DNA of 64,000 nt from Minisyncoccia bacterium. Its GTDB lineage: Bacteria; Patescibacteriota; Minisyncoccia; UBA6257; 2-01-FULL-56-20. The translations under genes were made by a program, and so were the position numbers. Positions 9,696-20,726 of the stretch are shown in pieces (position 1 is the stretch's first letter; each line of letters opens with the position of its first letter). The DNA is taken from assembly GCA_049997875.1 (NCBI GenBank), contig JBEKRC010000001.1, positions 236,609-300,608 on the forward strand. The letters run 5' to 3'. The notes under the pieces are model-generated. The model was not told the origin of the DNA, ran no database searches, and saw only the letters and a list, made by a program, of their open reading frames with translations.

Positions 9696-10609
9696 AATGC
9701 GTTGACGGTCTTTTGAACGCCTTCCTTGAGGGGAGTTTTTGGCGTCCAGCCGATCAGCCGTTTCGCTTTCGCAAAGTTCATTGCGATCCGCTTCACTTCG
9801 CCTTTTCGCTGCGGGGTGTAGCGCGGCTGTTTCCTAAAGCCGGTTGCCCGCACGAGCGATTTAAAAATTTCATAGTCGGATGTTTCGCGGCCAGACGCGA
9901 TATTTATGATTTCGCGCGCGCCGCGCCGCAGACCGAGAAGATTGGCCCGCGCGACGTCTCCCACGTACACATAGTCGCGGGTTTTCTTCCCGTCGCCGAA
10001 GATCACGGGGATTGCGCCGCGCCGCATCTTGCGGATGAAAGTCGGGAAAATGCCCGCCCCGCCCTGCGCGCGCTGGTGTGGACCGTAGACGTTCGCGTAG
10101 CGGAAGATAAGATAGGGAATGCGGTACGCGTCGCAATAGTACGCAGTCATCTGTTCGTCTATGTATTTTGAAAGGGCGTAGGGGGAGAGTGGGTGCGGTG
10201 GCGTGGATTCGTCGGCGGGCAGCTTCTTTGGATTGCCGTAGATCGCCCCGCCCGTGGAGGAGAACAGGAATTTCCTTTTCCCGCGCCCGTGCCGCGCGAA
10301 GGCGAGCAGGACGTTCAGCGTCCCCGTAACGTTGGTCGCGAAAGTTTCTTCCGGCTTTTTGACCGATTCCGTCACGCTGATGAGGGCGGCGTGGTGATTC
10401 ACGACCTCGGGGCGTTCCTTGAGGAAGATGCGGTTTATGGCAACTTCGTCGCGGATGTCGGCGTTATAAAATTTCGCTTTTGCCGGCACGTTGCTTCGCG
10501 ATCCTGAGGAAAGATTATCAATGACGAGTACGCGGTGCCCCGCCTTCACGTAGGCATCCGCGACATGCGAGCCGATGAATCCTGCGCCGCCGGTGACGAC
10601 AATTTTCAT
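9692..10609 (-). CDS. NAD-dependent epimerase/dehydratase (GalE-like)
   Basis: TGGAGFIG, STGG, YALSK, RYANVYGP, RDYVYV. Confidence 0.9.
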   Translation of the reverse strand: MKIVVTGGAGFIGSHVADAYVKAGHRVLVIDNLSSGSRSNVPAKAKFYNADIRDEVAINRIFLKERPEVVNHHAALISVTESVKKPEETFATNVTGTLNVLLAFARHGRGKRKFLFSSTGGAIYGNPKKLPADESTPPHPLSPYALSKYIDEQMTAYYCDAYRIPYLIFRYANVYGPHQRAQGGAGIFPTFIRKMRRGAIPVIFGDGKKTRDYVYVGDVARANLLGLRRGAREIINIASGRETSDYEIFKSLVRATGFRKQPRYTPQRKGEVKRIAMNFAKAKRLIGWTPKTPLKEGVQKTVNAF

Positions 10610-10613
10610 GGAA

Positions 10614-11951
10614 TTATTTCGGAGTTACGAAGATTGACTTCAATGTTTTTAAAACGATGGCAAGGTCAAGCACGGGAGAACGGTTTTTCAGATAGTATAT
10701 ATCATATTGCAATTTTTGCTTTACGTCGTCCGGCGTTAGGTCGGCGCGATGGTTAATCTGCGCCCAGCCGGTCACGCCGGGCCGAACGAGGAGGCGGACT
10801 TCGTAGAACGGTATCTGTTCTTTCAACTTTATTACGAATTCCGGCCGTTCCGGTCGCGGGCCGACGAACGACATATCTCCTTTTATGATGTTCCAGAGTT
10901 GAGGGAGTTCATCAAGATGTGTTTTGCGGAGAAATTTTCCGAAAGGCGTTGCGCGGGTATCGTTGGGAGTGGCCCATCGGGCGCCCTCGCGCTCGGCGTC
11001 CACGCGCATGTTCCGGAATTTGTAGAATGTGAACTCGCGACCGTGTTGGCCCACTCGCATATGGCGGTAGATCACGGGCCCGGGGGAAGTAAGCTTGACG
11101 ATTATTGCGATGAGAATTTCCAACGGGAGAAGAATAATGCCGATGACCAGGGCCGCAAGGAACTCAATCGCCCGTTTGAAGGGGTCGTAGAAACGAGCCG
11201 TGCTTTCTATATTTTCAAGAAACCAGGTTTCCTCAATGTCGGCCAAGGGGACCTTGCGCATGACGACCTCGTAAAAACTGTCCAGATCTATCACGGAGAT
11301 CCCGCGTCCGAAGAGCCGATAAAGAACGAGGGCGAGCGATCCCTTGCGCTTCAGTTCGCGTGGAACCGCCACAAGGTTCGCGCTATACTCCCGCGCGGCG
11401 CGTTCAATCGCGGCGGGGGTGCGGGACGCTTCCTCTCCGGTGAGTTCCGCCGTTATCGCATAGCCGAGCTGCGGGTTTTCTCTTACGGTTGCTGCAATTT
11501 CTTTTGCAGAAGGGCCGGTGCCGACAAGAACGACCTTGTTCGGCGCTTCGCCGGATTCCGTGAGCCGGTTAAAAAAGCGGCGCCAATAGGTTTCTACGAC
11601 GGCGAAGACGACGAGGAAGATGAACAGATTTGTTTTCGGTGCGATGCCGAATGCGGGGATGAGGTAGAAAAACAGGACGGCGACGGCAGCATTTGTCACA
11701 AGCGAAAGTGCAAGCGTTTTCAGGAAATCCAGATTGTTGCGGAGGCGGCGCAGGTCGTAGAGGCCGGCGATGTAAAAAACCAAAAGCCACGGAACGAAAA
11801 TGATCGTGAAGGGAGCGAAATGCACATCCGCAAATTCTTTGTAGAGTCCTGTACCGTAGCGCGCTGCAAGCGTGAGGAAAAGCGCCGCATAGAGCGCGAG
11901 GATATCTCCGAGGAATAAGAGGAATAACGCCACTCTACGCCGTAACGCCAT
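10614..11951 (-). CDS. Polyprenyl glycosylphosphotransferase (WcaJ/WbaP-like)
   Basis: N-terminal TMs; KFRNM, LDELPQ, MSFVGPRP, PGVTGWAQ. Confidence 0.92.
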   Translation of the reverse strand: MALRRRVALFLLFLGDILALYAALFLTLAARYGTGLYKEFADVHFAPFTIIFVPWLLVFYIAGLYDLRRLRNNLDFLKTLALSLVTNAAVAVLFFYLIPAFGIAPKTNLFIFLVVFAVVETYWRRFFNRLTESGEAPNKVVLVGTGPSAKEIAATVRENPQLGYAITAELTGEEASRTPAAIERAAREYSANLVAVPRELKRKGSLALVLYRLFGRGISVIDLDSFYEVVMRKVPLADIEETWFLENIESTARFYDPFKRAIEFLAALVIGIILLPLEILIAIIVKLTSPGPVIYRHMRVGQHGREFTFYKFRNMRVDAEREGARWATPNDTRATPFGKFLRKTHLDELPQLWNIIKGDMSFVGPRPERPEFVIKLKEQIPFYEVRLLVRPGVTGWAQINHRADLTPDDVKQKLQYDIYYLKNRSPVLDLAIVLKTLKSIFVTPK

Positions 11952-12035
11952 GCTTATCTTTTAACACACTAAGACCCGTCTCACAAATAGGCGGAGACCT
12001 CTCGCGGTAGGCAAATTGCCTATGCGCGGCGGGTT

Positions 12036-13631
12036 CTAGCGCGCGAAGCGGTAGATGAGGTAGAGAACGGCGCAGAGGACCGCAAGGAATATGAGGATCG
12101 CGGCCGCGGCGATCAAAACCTCCTTCATGCGGTTTTCCGGATCATAGAGTGGCGCGTTCTTGTTGGTAAGGCGGATGTCCACCGACACTTTACTGAACGG
12201 GCGTTTGAAGAAGATCATCCAGAAATAGTTGAGGCCGTAGCGCAAGCCCATCGTAAATCCTCCTTCTTTGGCGAGCCGCCTGCCGGAAGAATACATCGGC
12301 AAACCGAACGCGAAGCGCACTTTTCCCACCTTGCTCAATCGCCGCGCCACGTCCGTGTCCTCGCCGTAAAAATCAATGTCGGTGTTGTAGCCGCCGGCTT
12401 TTTCCAACGCGCTCCGGCGTACGATGAAATTTCCTCCCTGGAGCATGGAGCCCGCGCGGAGGATGAATCGGTTGATGAGATAGAAAAAGTACCCGAGATA
12501 GTAGAACAATTTCGTGAACGCTCTGACCTTCCGCGGAACGTCGTAATAGATGAACGGTCCCGAGAACGCGACGAGCTTTTCGTCCTTTGCGAACGCTTCC
12601 ATGACTTTTTTTATCCAACCGTCGGTGAGGCGCGTGTCGGCGTCAACGTTTGCGACGAGATCACCGTGTGAAGCGCGAAAGCCGGCACGCCGCGCGCGGA
12701 CAATGCCCTTCTCCGGTTCGTTGACCACGACAACGCCCTTACGTGCATACGATTCGGCGATTTCCCGCGTCTGGTCGGTAGATGCGTTGTTCACCACGAT
12801 AATCTCAATTTCGTACGGTAGCTTCTCCTTTTGCGCGAGGATCGCATTGAGGCAGTCGGGGAGATAATGCTCCTCGTTGTAAGCGGGGATGACGAAGCTC
12901 AACTTCATGAAGCGGACCGGCCGCCATTCCTTGTTGTAAGAGCGGTTCAGGAGGCGCACGTATAAATAGTTGATCCCCCAGTCCCAGAGCACGCGCGGCC
13001 ATCCCAGTTCGTGCATTCGCCGGCCAGTGTGATATACCGTAAGGCGCAATTCCATTTTGGTGCGGCCGATCTTCGCGAGGCGGCGGAACATATCGTTGTC
13101 TTCCGCGACGGCGAGCTGCGGTTGAAAGCCGTGGACCGCGAGAAAGGCGCTCCGCCGTATCATCTGGAACTCTCCGGACGCGCTTCCCATGCGGATCACG
13201 TTGTTGTTAAGCCAGTGGTCCACGCTTACCAGCGTGAAAAAGAAATTGTCCGCGGGCGTCGCGAATTCCGGAAACACCATGAGCCGCGCGGTGATCGCGA
13301 CGAGCTTTTCGTCGGCCGCGAAATCGCTAAGTGCGGTTTTGAAGAACGCGTTCGGATCGGGGATGATGACGTCGGCGTCAATAAACACGAGGAATTCGCC
13401 GTGCGCGAGGCGTGCGCCGTTGTTCCGGTTGCTTGCGATCGTGTGGCTCGGGCTCGCGTCCACGACCACCTGCGCGTATCGTTTTGCGATTGCGACCGTT
13501 TGGTCGGTACTGCCGCTGTCGGTCACGATGAGCTCGTGGTCAAACGCCGTGAGGTTGTCGTGGATCTGGCGCAGCGTTTTTTCTATCGCCTCTTCTTCGT
13601 TGAGTGTGGGTATGATGACGGAGATTTTCAT
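12036..13631 (-). CDS. Tandem double glycosyltransferase family 2 fusion with C-terminal TM
   Basis: Two GT2 starts (MKISVIIPTLNEE; MKLSFVIPAYNEE), each with DAD and ED motifs. Confidence 0.85.
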   Translation of the reverse strand: MKISVIIPTLNEEEAIEKTLRQIHDNLTAFDHELIVTDSGSTDQTVAIAKRYAQVVVDASPSHTIASNRNNGARLAHGEFLVFIDADVIIPDPNAFFKTALSDFAADEKLVAITARLMVFPEFATPADNFFFTLVSVDHWLNNNVIRMGSASGEFQMIRRSAFLAVHGFQPQLAVAEDNDMFRRLAKIGRTKMELRLTVYHTGRRMHELGWPRVLWDWGINYLYVRLLNRSYNKEWRPVRFMKLSFVIPAYNEEHYLPDCLNAILAQKEKLPYEIEIIVVNNASTDQTREIAESYARKGVVVVNEPEKGIVRARRAGFRASHGDLVANVDADTRLTDGWIKKVMEAFAKDEKLVAFSGPFIYYDVPRKVRAFTKLFYYLGYFFYLINRFILRAGSMLQGGNFIVRRSALEKAGGYNTDIDFYGEDTDVARRLSKVGKVRFAFGLPMYSSGRRLAKEGGFTMGLRYGLNYFWMIFFKRPFSKVSVDIRLTNKNAPLYDPENRMKEVLIAAAAILIFLAVLCAVLYLIYRFAR

Positions 13632-13642
13632 AAAGGATATAT

Positions 13643-14239
13643 TTATTCTATCTCTCCGCGCATACGGTTTCGCATGAACTTTCCGAAACCGTATGCCGCG
13701 AAGAAGGCGATGACGATCAAAGCGATGATGAACGCCCAGCGCAAGCTTTTATCAACCATGATGTACAAGTTACCGAGGAAATATCCCACCGCCATCAGCA
13801 CTCCCGTCCAGACGAATTGCCCTAGGAAATTGATGGTGAGGTATTTCTTGAACGGCACTTTGGCGGCGCCGGCGGCGATGAGCGTGGCGAGCGCAAATCC
13901 GAATCCCATCGTGATCTTTGAAATGAAGAGGATTTTCCACTGGTGTTTGTTAAAAAACTGTTCTGCCTTTTCCACGTTCTCTTCCGTGATGCTGAAAAAT
14001 TTCCCATATTTTTCTATGAAGGACCGCGCGCCGTGGCGGCCGAGCAGGTACCAGAGGATATCGCCCGTGAGGTCGCCCGCTATGAGCAGGAAATACACCG
14101 GCCAGAAGTAGAAAAAGTTGAGGCGGACAAGAAAACCGGAGATCATCATGACCACCGGCCCTTCCACGATCGCAAGCGGATAGAGGATAGGGTAGCGGTA
14201 TGCCAAGAGCCACGAAACAATAGGGGATGCGAATGGCAT
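13643..14239 (-). CDS. DedA/VTT family membrane protein
   Basis: EGP, GD..WY.LGR, FL.INFLG..W pattern. Confidence 0.85.
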   Translation of the reverse strand: MPFASPIVSWLLAYRYPILYPLAIVEGPVVMMISGFLVRLNFFYFWPVYFLLIAGDLTGDILWYLLGRHGARSFIEKYGKFFSITEENVEKAEQFFNKHQWKILFISKITMGFGFALATLIAAGAAKVPFKKYLTINFLGQFVWTGVLMAVGYFLGNLYIMVDKSLRWAFIIALIVIAFFAAYGFGKFMRNRMRGEIE

Positions 14240-14295
14240 GAGATAGCCGATTCATTATACTCCATCCGCTTCCTCCGCGATGGTATACTATTTTC

Positions 14296-14991
14296 GTGCC
14301 TGATATTTTTCGTGAACATAGGGGCGGTTTCTGGACCGCGGCGCGCAAGCGGTCGTTATACCTCGGACTTTTCCTCGTGGCAATCGCGATTTTCGTCCAG
14401 GTAAGCGCCGGGCACTATTCCGCGAACCACGTGCTCTTGGCGCCTCCCGAAAGCGACCTTTTCCTGGACAATCTTCCCGTCGTCAATCTTGGGTTCCTTA
14501 TCGTGGGCGTCACCATTCTTTTTTGGATTTGTTCCTGTTTTTTCCTTATTACCCGCCCGCACTACTTGTTGTTTGGGATAAAAGCAATCGCGCTGTTCGT
14601 CATCTTCCGCGCGTTCTTCATGAACCTGACCCGCGAAGGGATTTATCCCGGCGGCGTCGTGCCAAGCGCTGCCAATACCGGCTTCGGATTTTATCACCTC
14701 CTCACGTTCCAGGGGAATCTTTTCTTCTCGGGCCACACCGCGTTTCCGTATCTCCTGGCGCTCATTTTTTGGGATGAAAAGTTCTGGCGCCGCTTTTTCA
14801 TCGTCGCTACTATCGTCTTCGGCGCCGCCGTGCTTCTCGCGCACGTGCATTATTCCATTGACGTATTCGCGGCTCCCTTCATCATGTACGGCGTGTTCGC
14901 GATCACTGCGAAGCTTTTCCCGAATGATTACGCGTTGCTTGCCCACAGGGCCCGCGGCCATTCTTTGTTGACGCAGAGAGACGGGGGCTGA
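14296..14991 (+). CDS. Sphingomyelin-synthase-like PAP2 membrane protein
   Basis: Multi-TM; FFSGHT and HVHYSIDV catalytic motifs. Confidence 0.75.
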   Translation: MPDIFREHRGGFWTAARKRSLYLGLFLVAIAIFVQVSAGHYSANHVLLAPPESDLFLDNLPVVNLGFLIVGVTILFWICSCFFLITRPHYLLFGIKAIALFVIFRAFFMNLTREGIYPGGVVPSAANTGFGFYHLLTFQGNLFFSGHTAFPYLLALIFWDEKFWRRFFIVATIVFGAAVLLAHVHYSIDVFAAPFIMYGVFAITAKLFPNDYALLAHRARGHSLLTQRDGG

Positions 14992-15003
14992 TATACTTTT
15001 GTT

Positions 15004-15879
15004 ATGGAAGACGAAGAAAAAATCTCATTCAAAGAAACTATTGAGAAAGCGAAGCAAGGCGACGGGGACGAGGTATCCGTTGAAGAAAAGCTTCCGCTGG
15101 GACGCAGAGATCGTTTTCTCCCCGCGAGCATCATCATCGCGGCAGTGCTTATTGGCGGGTCGGTTCTTTTTGCGGCATTGTACCGGCCGGGCGCGAGCAC
15201 GCCAAGCGGCGGCGCGGGAAACGCCGGCGCCCCGGCCGCGAACGGCGGGGCGGCGCAGGCACCTTCCGCCGCAGTAGCCACGGCGCCCGCCCCCGGGTCC
15301 CGAGACGTGATCTTGGGCAATGCGAGCGCGCCCGCGACCGTCATTGAATATGGCGATTACCAGTGCCCCTTCTGTGTGCGGTTCTACGAACAGGTTCAGC
15401 CGCTCGTCATCCAGAACTATGTGAATGCGGGAAAGGCAAAGCTCGTATTCAGGGATTTCCCATTTCTTGATAGTGCGGAGATCACCTCATCCAGCGTGGG
15501 GGAGTCACACGCGGCCGGGGCGGCGGCGGAGTGCGCCAAGGATGAGAACCAATTCTGGCCGTATCACGATGCGCTCTATGCCGCGAAGGCAGCCGACGAG
15601 GCAAAGGGTGGCGGAGAGGATGATGGATTTTTCAACCGTGCGCTGTTCCTGAAAATCGCGGGCCAGCTTAGCATGAACACCACCGCGTTTGCGAGTTGCA
15701 TTGACAGCGGAAAATATACTGCGACGGTCAATGCGGATTACACTGCCGCCATGAACGCCGGGGTCAATTCAACACCCATGACGTTCGTGAACGGGAAAGA
15801 AGTGACGGATGCGCTTGGCCAGAGCGTCGGCGCGAACGGGACCGCGGTCCTCGCAGCCATTGCTGCGGCGATCAAGTAG
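15004..15879 (+). CDS. Membrane-anchored DsbA/thioredoxin_4 oxidoreductase
   Basis: TM anchor, EYGDYQCPFC, RDFPF, GVNSTP. Confidence 0.9.
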   Translation: MEDEEKISFKETIEKAKQGDGDEVSVEEKLPLGRRDRFLPASIIIAAVLIGGSVLFAALYRPGASTPSGGAGNAGAPAANGGAAQAPSAAVATAPAPGSRDVILGNASAPATVIEYGDYQCPFCVRFYEQVQPLVIQNYVNAGKAKLVFRDFPFLDSAEITSSSVGESHAAGAAAECAKDENQFWPYHDALYAAKAADEAKGGGEDDGFFNRALFLKIAGQLSMNTTAFASCIDSGKYTATVNADYTAAMNAGVNSTPMTFVNGKEVTDALGQSVGANGTAVLAAIAAAIK

Positions 15880-15911
15880 TTGACTCGGGCGTGGCTGACT
15901 CCTAAAATAGA

Positions 15912-16106
15912 GTGGTGGTGGCACATTGGATAGAAGGCATCGTCGGATTTTGGATTTTGCTTTCGCCGTGGCTTTTGGGATTTGCGAATATCTCAATCGC
16001 GAAGTGGAGCAGTATCCTCTGCGGCCTTATTCTTATTCTCGTGAACAGCTGGCTGCTCTTCGGCGGGCAACGAAGCAACAAAGGTCCGTCACAGACAAAT
16101 CCATGA
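15912..16106 (+). CDS. SPW-repeat small membrane protein
   Basis: GFWILLSPWLLGF motif, two TMs. Confidence 0.65.
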   Translation: MVVAHWIEGIVGFWILLSPWLLGFANISIAKWSSILCGLILILVNSWLLFGGQRSNKGPSQTNP

Positions 16107-16345
16107 AAAAAGTTACTATTTATAGCACGCCGACCTGCGTCTATTGCAGGATGGCGAAGGATTTTTTCCAGAAGAACGGGATTGCGTACGAGGAGCACAA
16201 CGTGGCCATTGACGAGAAAGCGCGGGAAGAAATGTTCGCGAAGTCCCGTCAGATGGGCGTTCCCGTGATTGACGTGGGCGGCGAGATCATCGTCGGTTTT
16301 GACAAGAAGACGCTCACAGACCTCCTCCTGCCCGAGAAGAAATAA
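16103..16345 (+). CDS. Glutaredoxin/NrdH-like redoxin
   Basis: YSTPTCVYC, GVPVI, VGFD. Confidence 0.9.
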   Translation: MKKVTIYSTPTCVYCRMAKDFFQKNGIAYEEHNVAIDEKAREEMFAKSRQMGVPVIDVGGEIIVGFDKKTLTDLLLPEKK

Positions 16346-16408
16346 CTAGGTCATCGTCGGCGGGGGCCGCGTGGCGTCGAGATCCGCTCGCGGATATAAA
16401 ACAATTTT

Positions 16409-17344
16409 ATGTACGACCTTATAATCATTGGCGGTGGGCCCGGAGGCGTGGCAGCGGGTGTTTACGCTGCGCGAAAGAAAATAAAAACGTTGCTTATCAC
16501 CGACAGCTTCGGCGGCCAGTCGTCGGTTTCGGGCGAGGTGCAGAATTGGATCGGGACGAAGTCCATTTCCGGCTACGATCTTGCAAAGTCGCTTGAAGAG
16601 CACCTCCGCGCGCAGGAGGATATTGATATTGTGGACGATGACCTCGTCACGGGAATCAAAAAGAATGATAACTTCGCGCTGGGCGGCGCCGGTTTCTCCG
16701 TTGCGACGAGGAATGGTAAGACATATAAAACGAAATTCGTGCTTTTGGCGTCCGGCAGCTGCAGGAAGAAGCTTGGCGTTCCCGGCGAAAAGGAATTTGA
16801 CGGAAAGGGCGTGGTGTATTGCTCCACGTGCGACGCGCCCATTTTTAAAGACAAAGTAACCGCCGTGGTGGGCGGCGGGAATTCCGCGCTTGAGTCGGTG
16901 ATGGATCTCTTTCCCTACGCATCCAAGATCTATTTGATCGTCCGTTCGGAGATTTTGAGAGGCGACCCCATCTCGCAGGACAAGGTAAAAAATAATCCTA
17001 AGGTTACCATCCTTTGGAACACGGTGGTGGAAATGATACGGGGCAAGGATTTCGTTACCGGCATCCGCTACAAAAACGTGAAGACCGGCGAGGAGAAAGA
17101 TCTGCCGCTTGGCGGCGTGTTTGTAGAGGTCGGCCTTCTACCCAATTCCGATTTCGTGAAAGACCTTGTGAAGCTTGATGACTTCGGCCATGTCGTCATT
17201 GATGCGCACACGCAGGCTGCCTCATGCCCCGGCGTCTGGGCAGTGGGGGATGTGACGGACACGCCCTATCGCCAAAATAATATCTCCGCTGGCGACGCCG
17301 TGAAGGCTGTCTTGAATATCTACGACCACATTAAAAAAAGTTAA
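16409..17344 (+). CDS. trxB: Thioredoxin reductase / AhpF-like FAD oxidoreductase
   Basis: GGGPGG, YCSTCD, GGGNSA, AVGD. Confidence 0.88.
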   Translation: MYDLIIIGGGPGGVAAGVYAARKKIKTLLITDSFGGQSSVSGEVQNWIGTKSISGYDLAKSLEEHLRAQEDIDIVDDDLVTGIKKNDNFALGGAGFSVATRNGKTYKTKFVLLASGSCRKKLGVPGEKEFDGKGVVYCSTCDAPIFKDKVTAVVGGGNSALESVMDLFPYASKIYLIVRSEILRGDPISQDKVKNNPKVTILWNTVVEMIRGKDFVTGIRYKNVKTGEEKDLPLGGVFVEVGLLPNSDFVKDLVKLDDFGHVVIDAHTQAASCPGVWAVGDVTDTPYRQNNISAGDAVKAVLNIYDHIKKS

Positions 17345-17458
17345 AGTTTTTCGGGCTTAAGCTCTTGGCGTCTCGGCGTTAGTTCGAATCCTGCCCGTGC
17401 ACTGGACATAAGTTTTGCCATGCTGTAGTATCTGTTGGCTTGGAAAGGAGATAGGCAC

Positions 17459-17845
17459 ATGCCGGATGTCCGAATTGTGGTGGCTGACGAGTTCATTAAC
17501 AACGTTCAGGACGATGCTGCGTTCTGTCGAGGAGTCCGCAAAGCGGTAGCTGAACTGTTCGGGTTCGATACTGCCCCCGTTTGCGTACAGCTCGAATTTT
17601 ACGCCCCTGGCTGCGAAGATGGTCGACCGCCGGTAGTGGTGGCCATTTCGACCAAATATAAAGAAGAGCGGATTCCGCAGCAAGCTGATCTCACGCAGCG
17701 GCTTGCCGATCAGGTGAAACGCCTCGCCGACGAAGCCGTTGGGAAGGATGTTGGTCAGATCAAGACTAGAATCGATCTGGTCTGTCGTGCAACAGCTACT
17801 GCGGGGTCGACTCCCGCAAATTCAATTCAAAACCTCAAGGGATAA
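17459..17845 (+). CDS. Hypothetical protein, possibly tautomerase/MIF-like (Met-Pro start)
   Basis: AAGGAG RBS; MPDVRIVV start; two beta-alpha-beta-like units by eye. Confidence 0.45.
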   Translation: MPDVRIVVADEFINNVQDDAAFCRGVRKAVAELFGFDTAPVCVQLEFYAPGCEDGRPPVVVAISTKYKEERIPQQADLTQRLADQVKRLADEAVGKDVGQIKTRIDLVCRATATAGSTPANSIQNLKG

Positions 17846-18080
17846 CCCTTGAGCCAACCGTGGCAGGGGAGGGCGGAACCCGTTCCCCCTCTCCTCCACA
17901 AGATTTTTCAAATGACCACGAGAAGGGCCTTTTTTATTTGGGTCATGCTTAAAGTTGTTCGAAGATCGTCCAGGACCGGGCCTTTCGTGGCTGCGCAGTT
18001 ATGGGGCGGTCAACGCTTTTGGAATAGTTCAATAATCCCCAAGAGGATCCCGAGCGGCAGCAGGAGAATCACCGCGATCC

Positions 18081-18108
18081 TTGACAACGCCGCCGTTCGG
18101 CATAAAAT
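18081..18108 (+). promoter_or_regulatory. Sigma70 promoter of groESL
   Basis: TTGACA-16 nt-TAAAAT. Confidence 0.7.
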
Positions 18109-18113
18109 ACCTA

Positions 18114-18140
18114 TTGGCACTCAAAGGTCGTGAGTGCTAA
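18114..18140 (+). promoter_or_regulatory. CIRCE element (HrcA operator)
   Basis: TTGGCACTC-N9-GAGTGCTAA, one mismatch to consensus, directly upstream of groES. Confidence 0.95.
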
Positions 18141-18156
18141 AACATTTAAAACAACA

Positions 18157-18453
18157 ATGAATTTCAAACCATTATCCAATCATTTGTTCCTTGAGCCGGT
18201 GGAGGAGGAGAAAAAAACGAAGGGTGGTATCGTGCTCCCTGATACGGCGGAGAAAGAAAAGCCGATAAAAGGGAAAGTACTCGCGGTGGGTCTCGGGAAG
18301 CGCAACGACAAAGGCGAATTGCAGCCAATGTCAGTCAAGGTCGGCGACATCGTTCTCTTTAAGAAATACGGGCCGGACGAGATTGAGATTGACGAGAAGA
18401 AATATCTGGTCGGCGACGAGGACGATATCCTAGCGATAATTTCTAATGGCTAA
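18157..18453 (+). CDS. groES: Co-chaperonin GroES
   Basis: KTKGGIVLPDTAEKEKP, VKVGD. Confidence 0.98.
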   Translation: MNFKPLSNHLFLEPVEEEKKTKGGIVLPDTAEKEKPIKGKVLAVGLGKRNDKGELQPMSVKVGDIVLFKKYGPDEIEIDEKKYLVGDEDDILAIISNG

Positions 18454-18460
18454 TTCCTAA

Positions 18461-20122
<1,662 letters not shown>

Positions 20123-20174
20123 TCAAGCAACTATTTCAGTTGCGAGTTCGTATTACATCTGTTACACTTACATC

Positions 20175-20726
20175 ATGCTTTTCCTCTGGATTGTCTTAAT
20201 CATTGTTGTCATTGTTATCCTGTGGCTTGTTCTTGCGTACAACGGGCTTGTTCGCACGCGGAACCAGGCGCAGGAAGCGTGGTCCGACATTGACGTCCAA
20301 TTGAAGCGGCGGTACGACCTTATCCCGAACCTCATGGAGACGGTGAAGGGCTATGCCGCGCACGAAAAGACGGTGTTTGAGGACGTGACGCAGGCGCGTT
20401 CACAGGCAATGCAGGCGACGGGCACAGCGAAGGCCGGCGCGGAAAACCAGCTCTCCGGAGCTTTGAAATCATTGTTCGCGGTCGCGGAAAATTATCCGCA
20501 ACTCAAAGCGAACGAGAATTTCTTGGACTTGCAGGGCCAGTTGACGGACACTGAAGACAAGATTCAGGCCGCGCGCCGCTTCTACAACGGCATGGTCCGC
20601 GACCTGAACATAAAGATCCAAGTTTTCCCGACGAACATGTTCGCGAACGCGTTCGGCTTCAAGCAGATGGATTTCTTCGGCGACCTCACGGAAGCCGAGA
20701 AACAGCCGGTGCAGGTGAAGTTCTAA
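20175..20726 (+). CDS. lemA: LemA family protein
   Basis: N-terminal TM; AWSDIDVQLKRRYDLIPNL; ENYPQLKA. Confidence 0.95.
   Translation: MLFLWIVLIIVVIVILWLVLAYNGLVRTRNQAQEAWSDIDVQLKRRYDLIPNLMETVKGYAAHEKTVFEDVTQARSQAMQATGTAKAGAENQLSGALKSLFAVAENYPQLKANENFLDLQGQLTDTEDKIQAARRFYNGMVRDLNIKIQVFPTNMFANAFGFKQMDFFGDLTEAEKQPVQVKF

Noticed and set aside
10749-11918. Long + strand ORF (389 aa) and similar antisense ORFs (13011-14111, 18464-19432, 62400-63878)
   Set aside because: Shadow frames opposite well-supported genes in GC-rich sequence, with no motifs.
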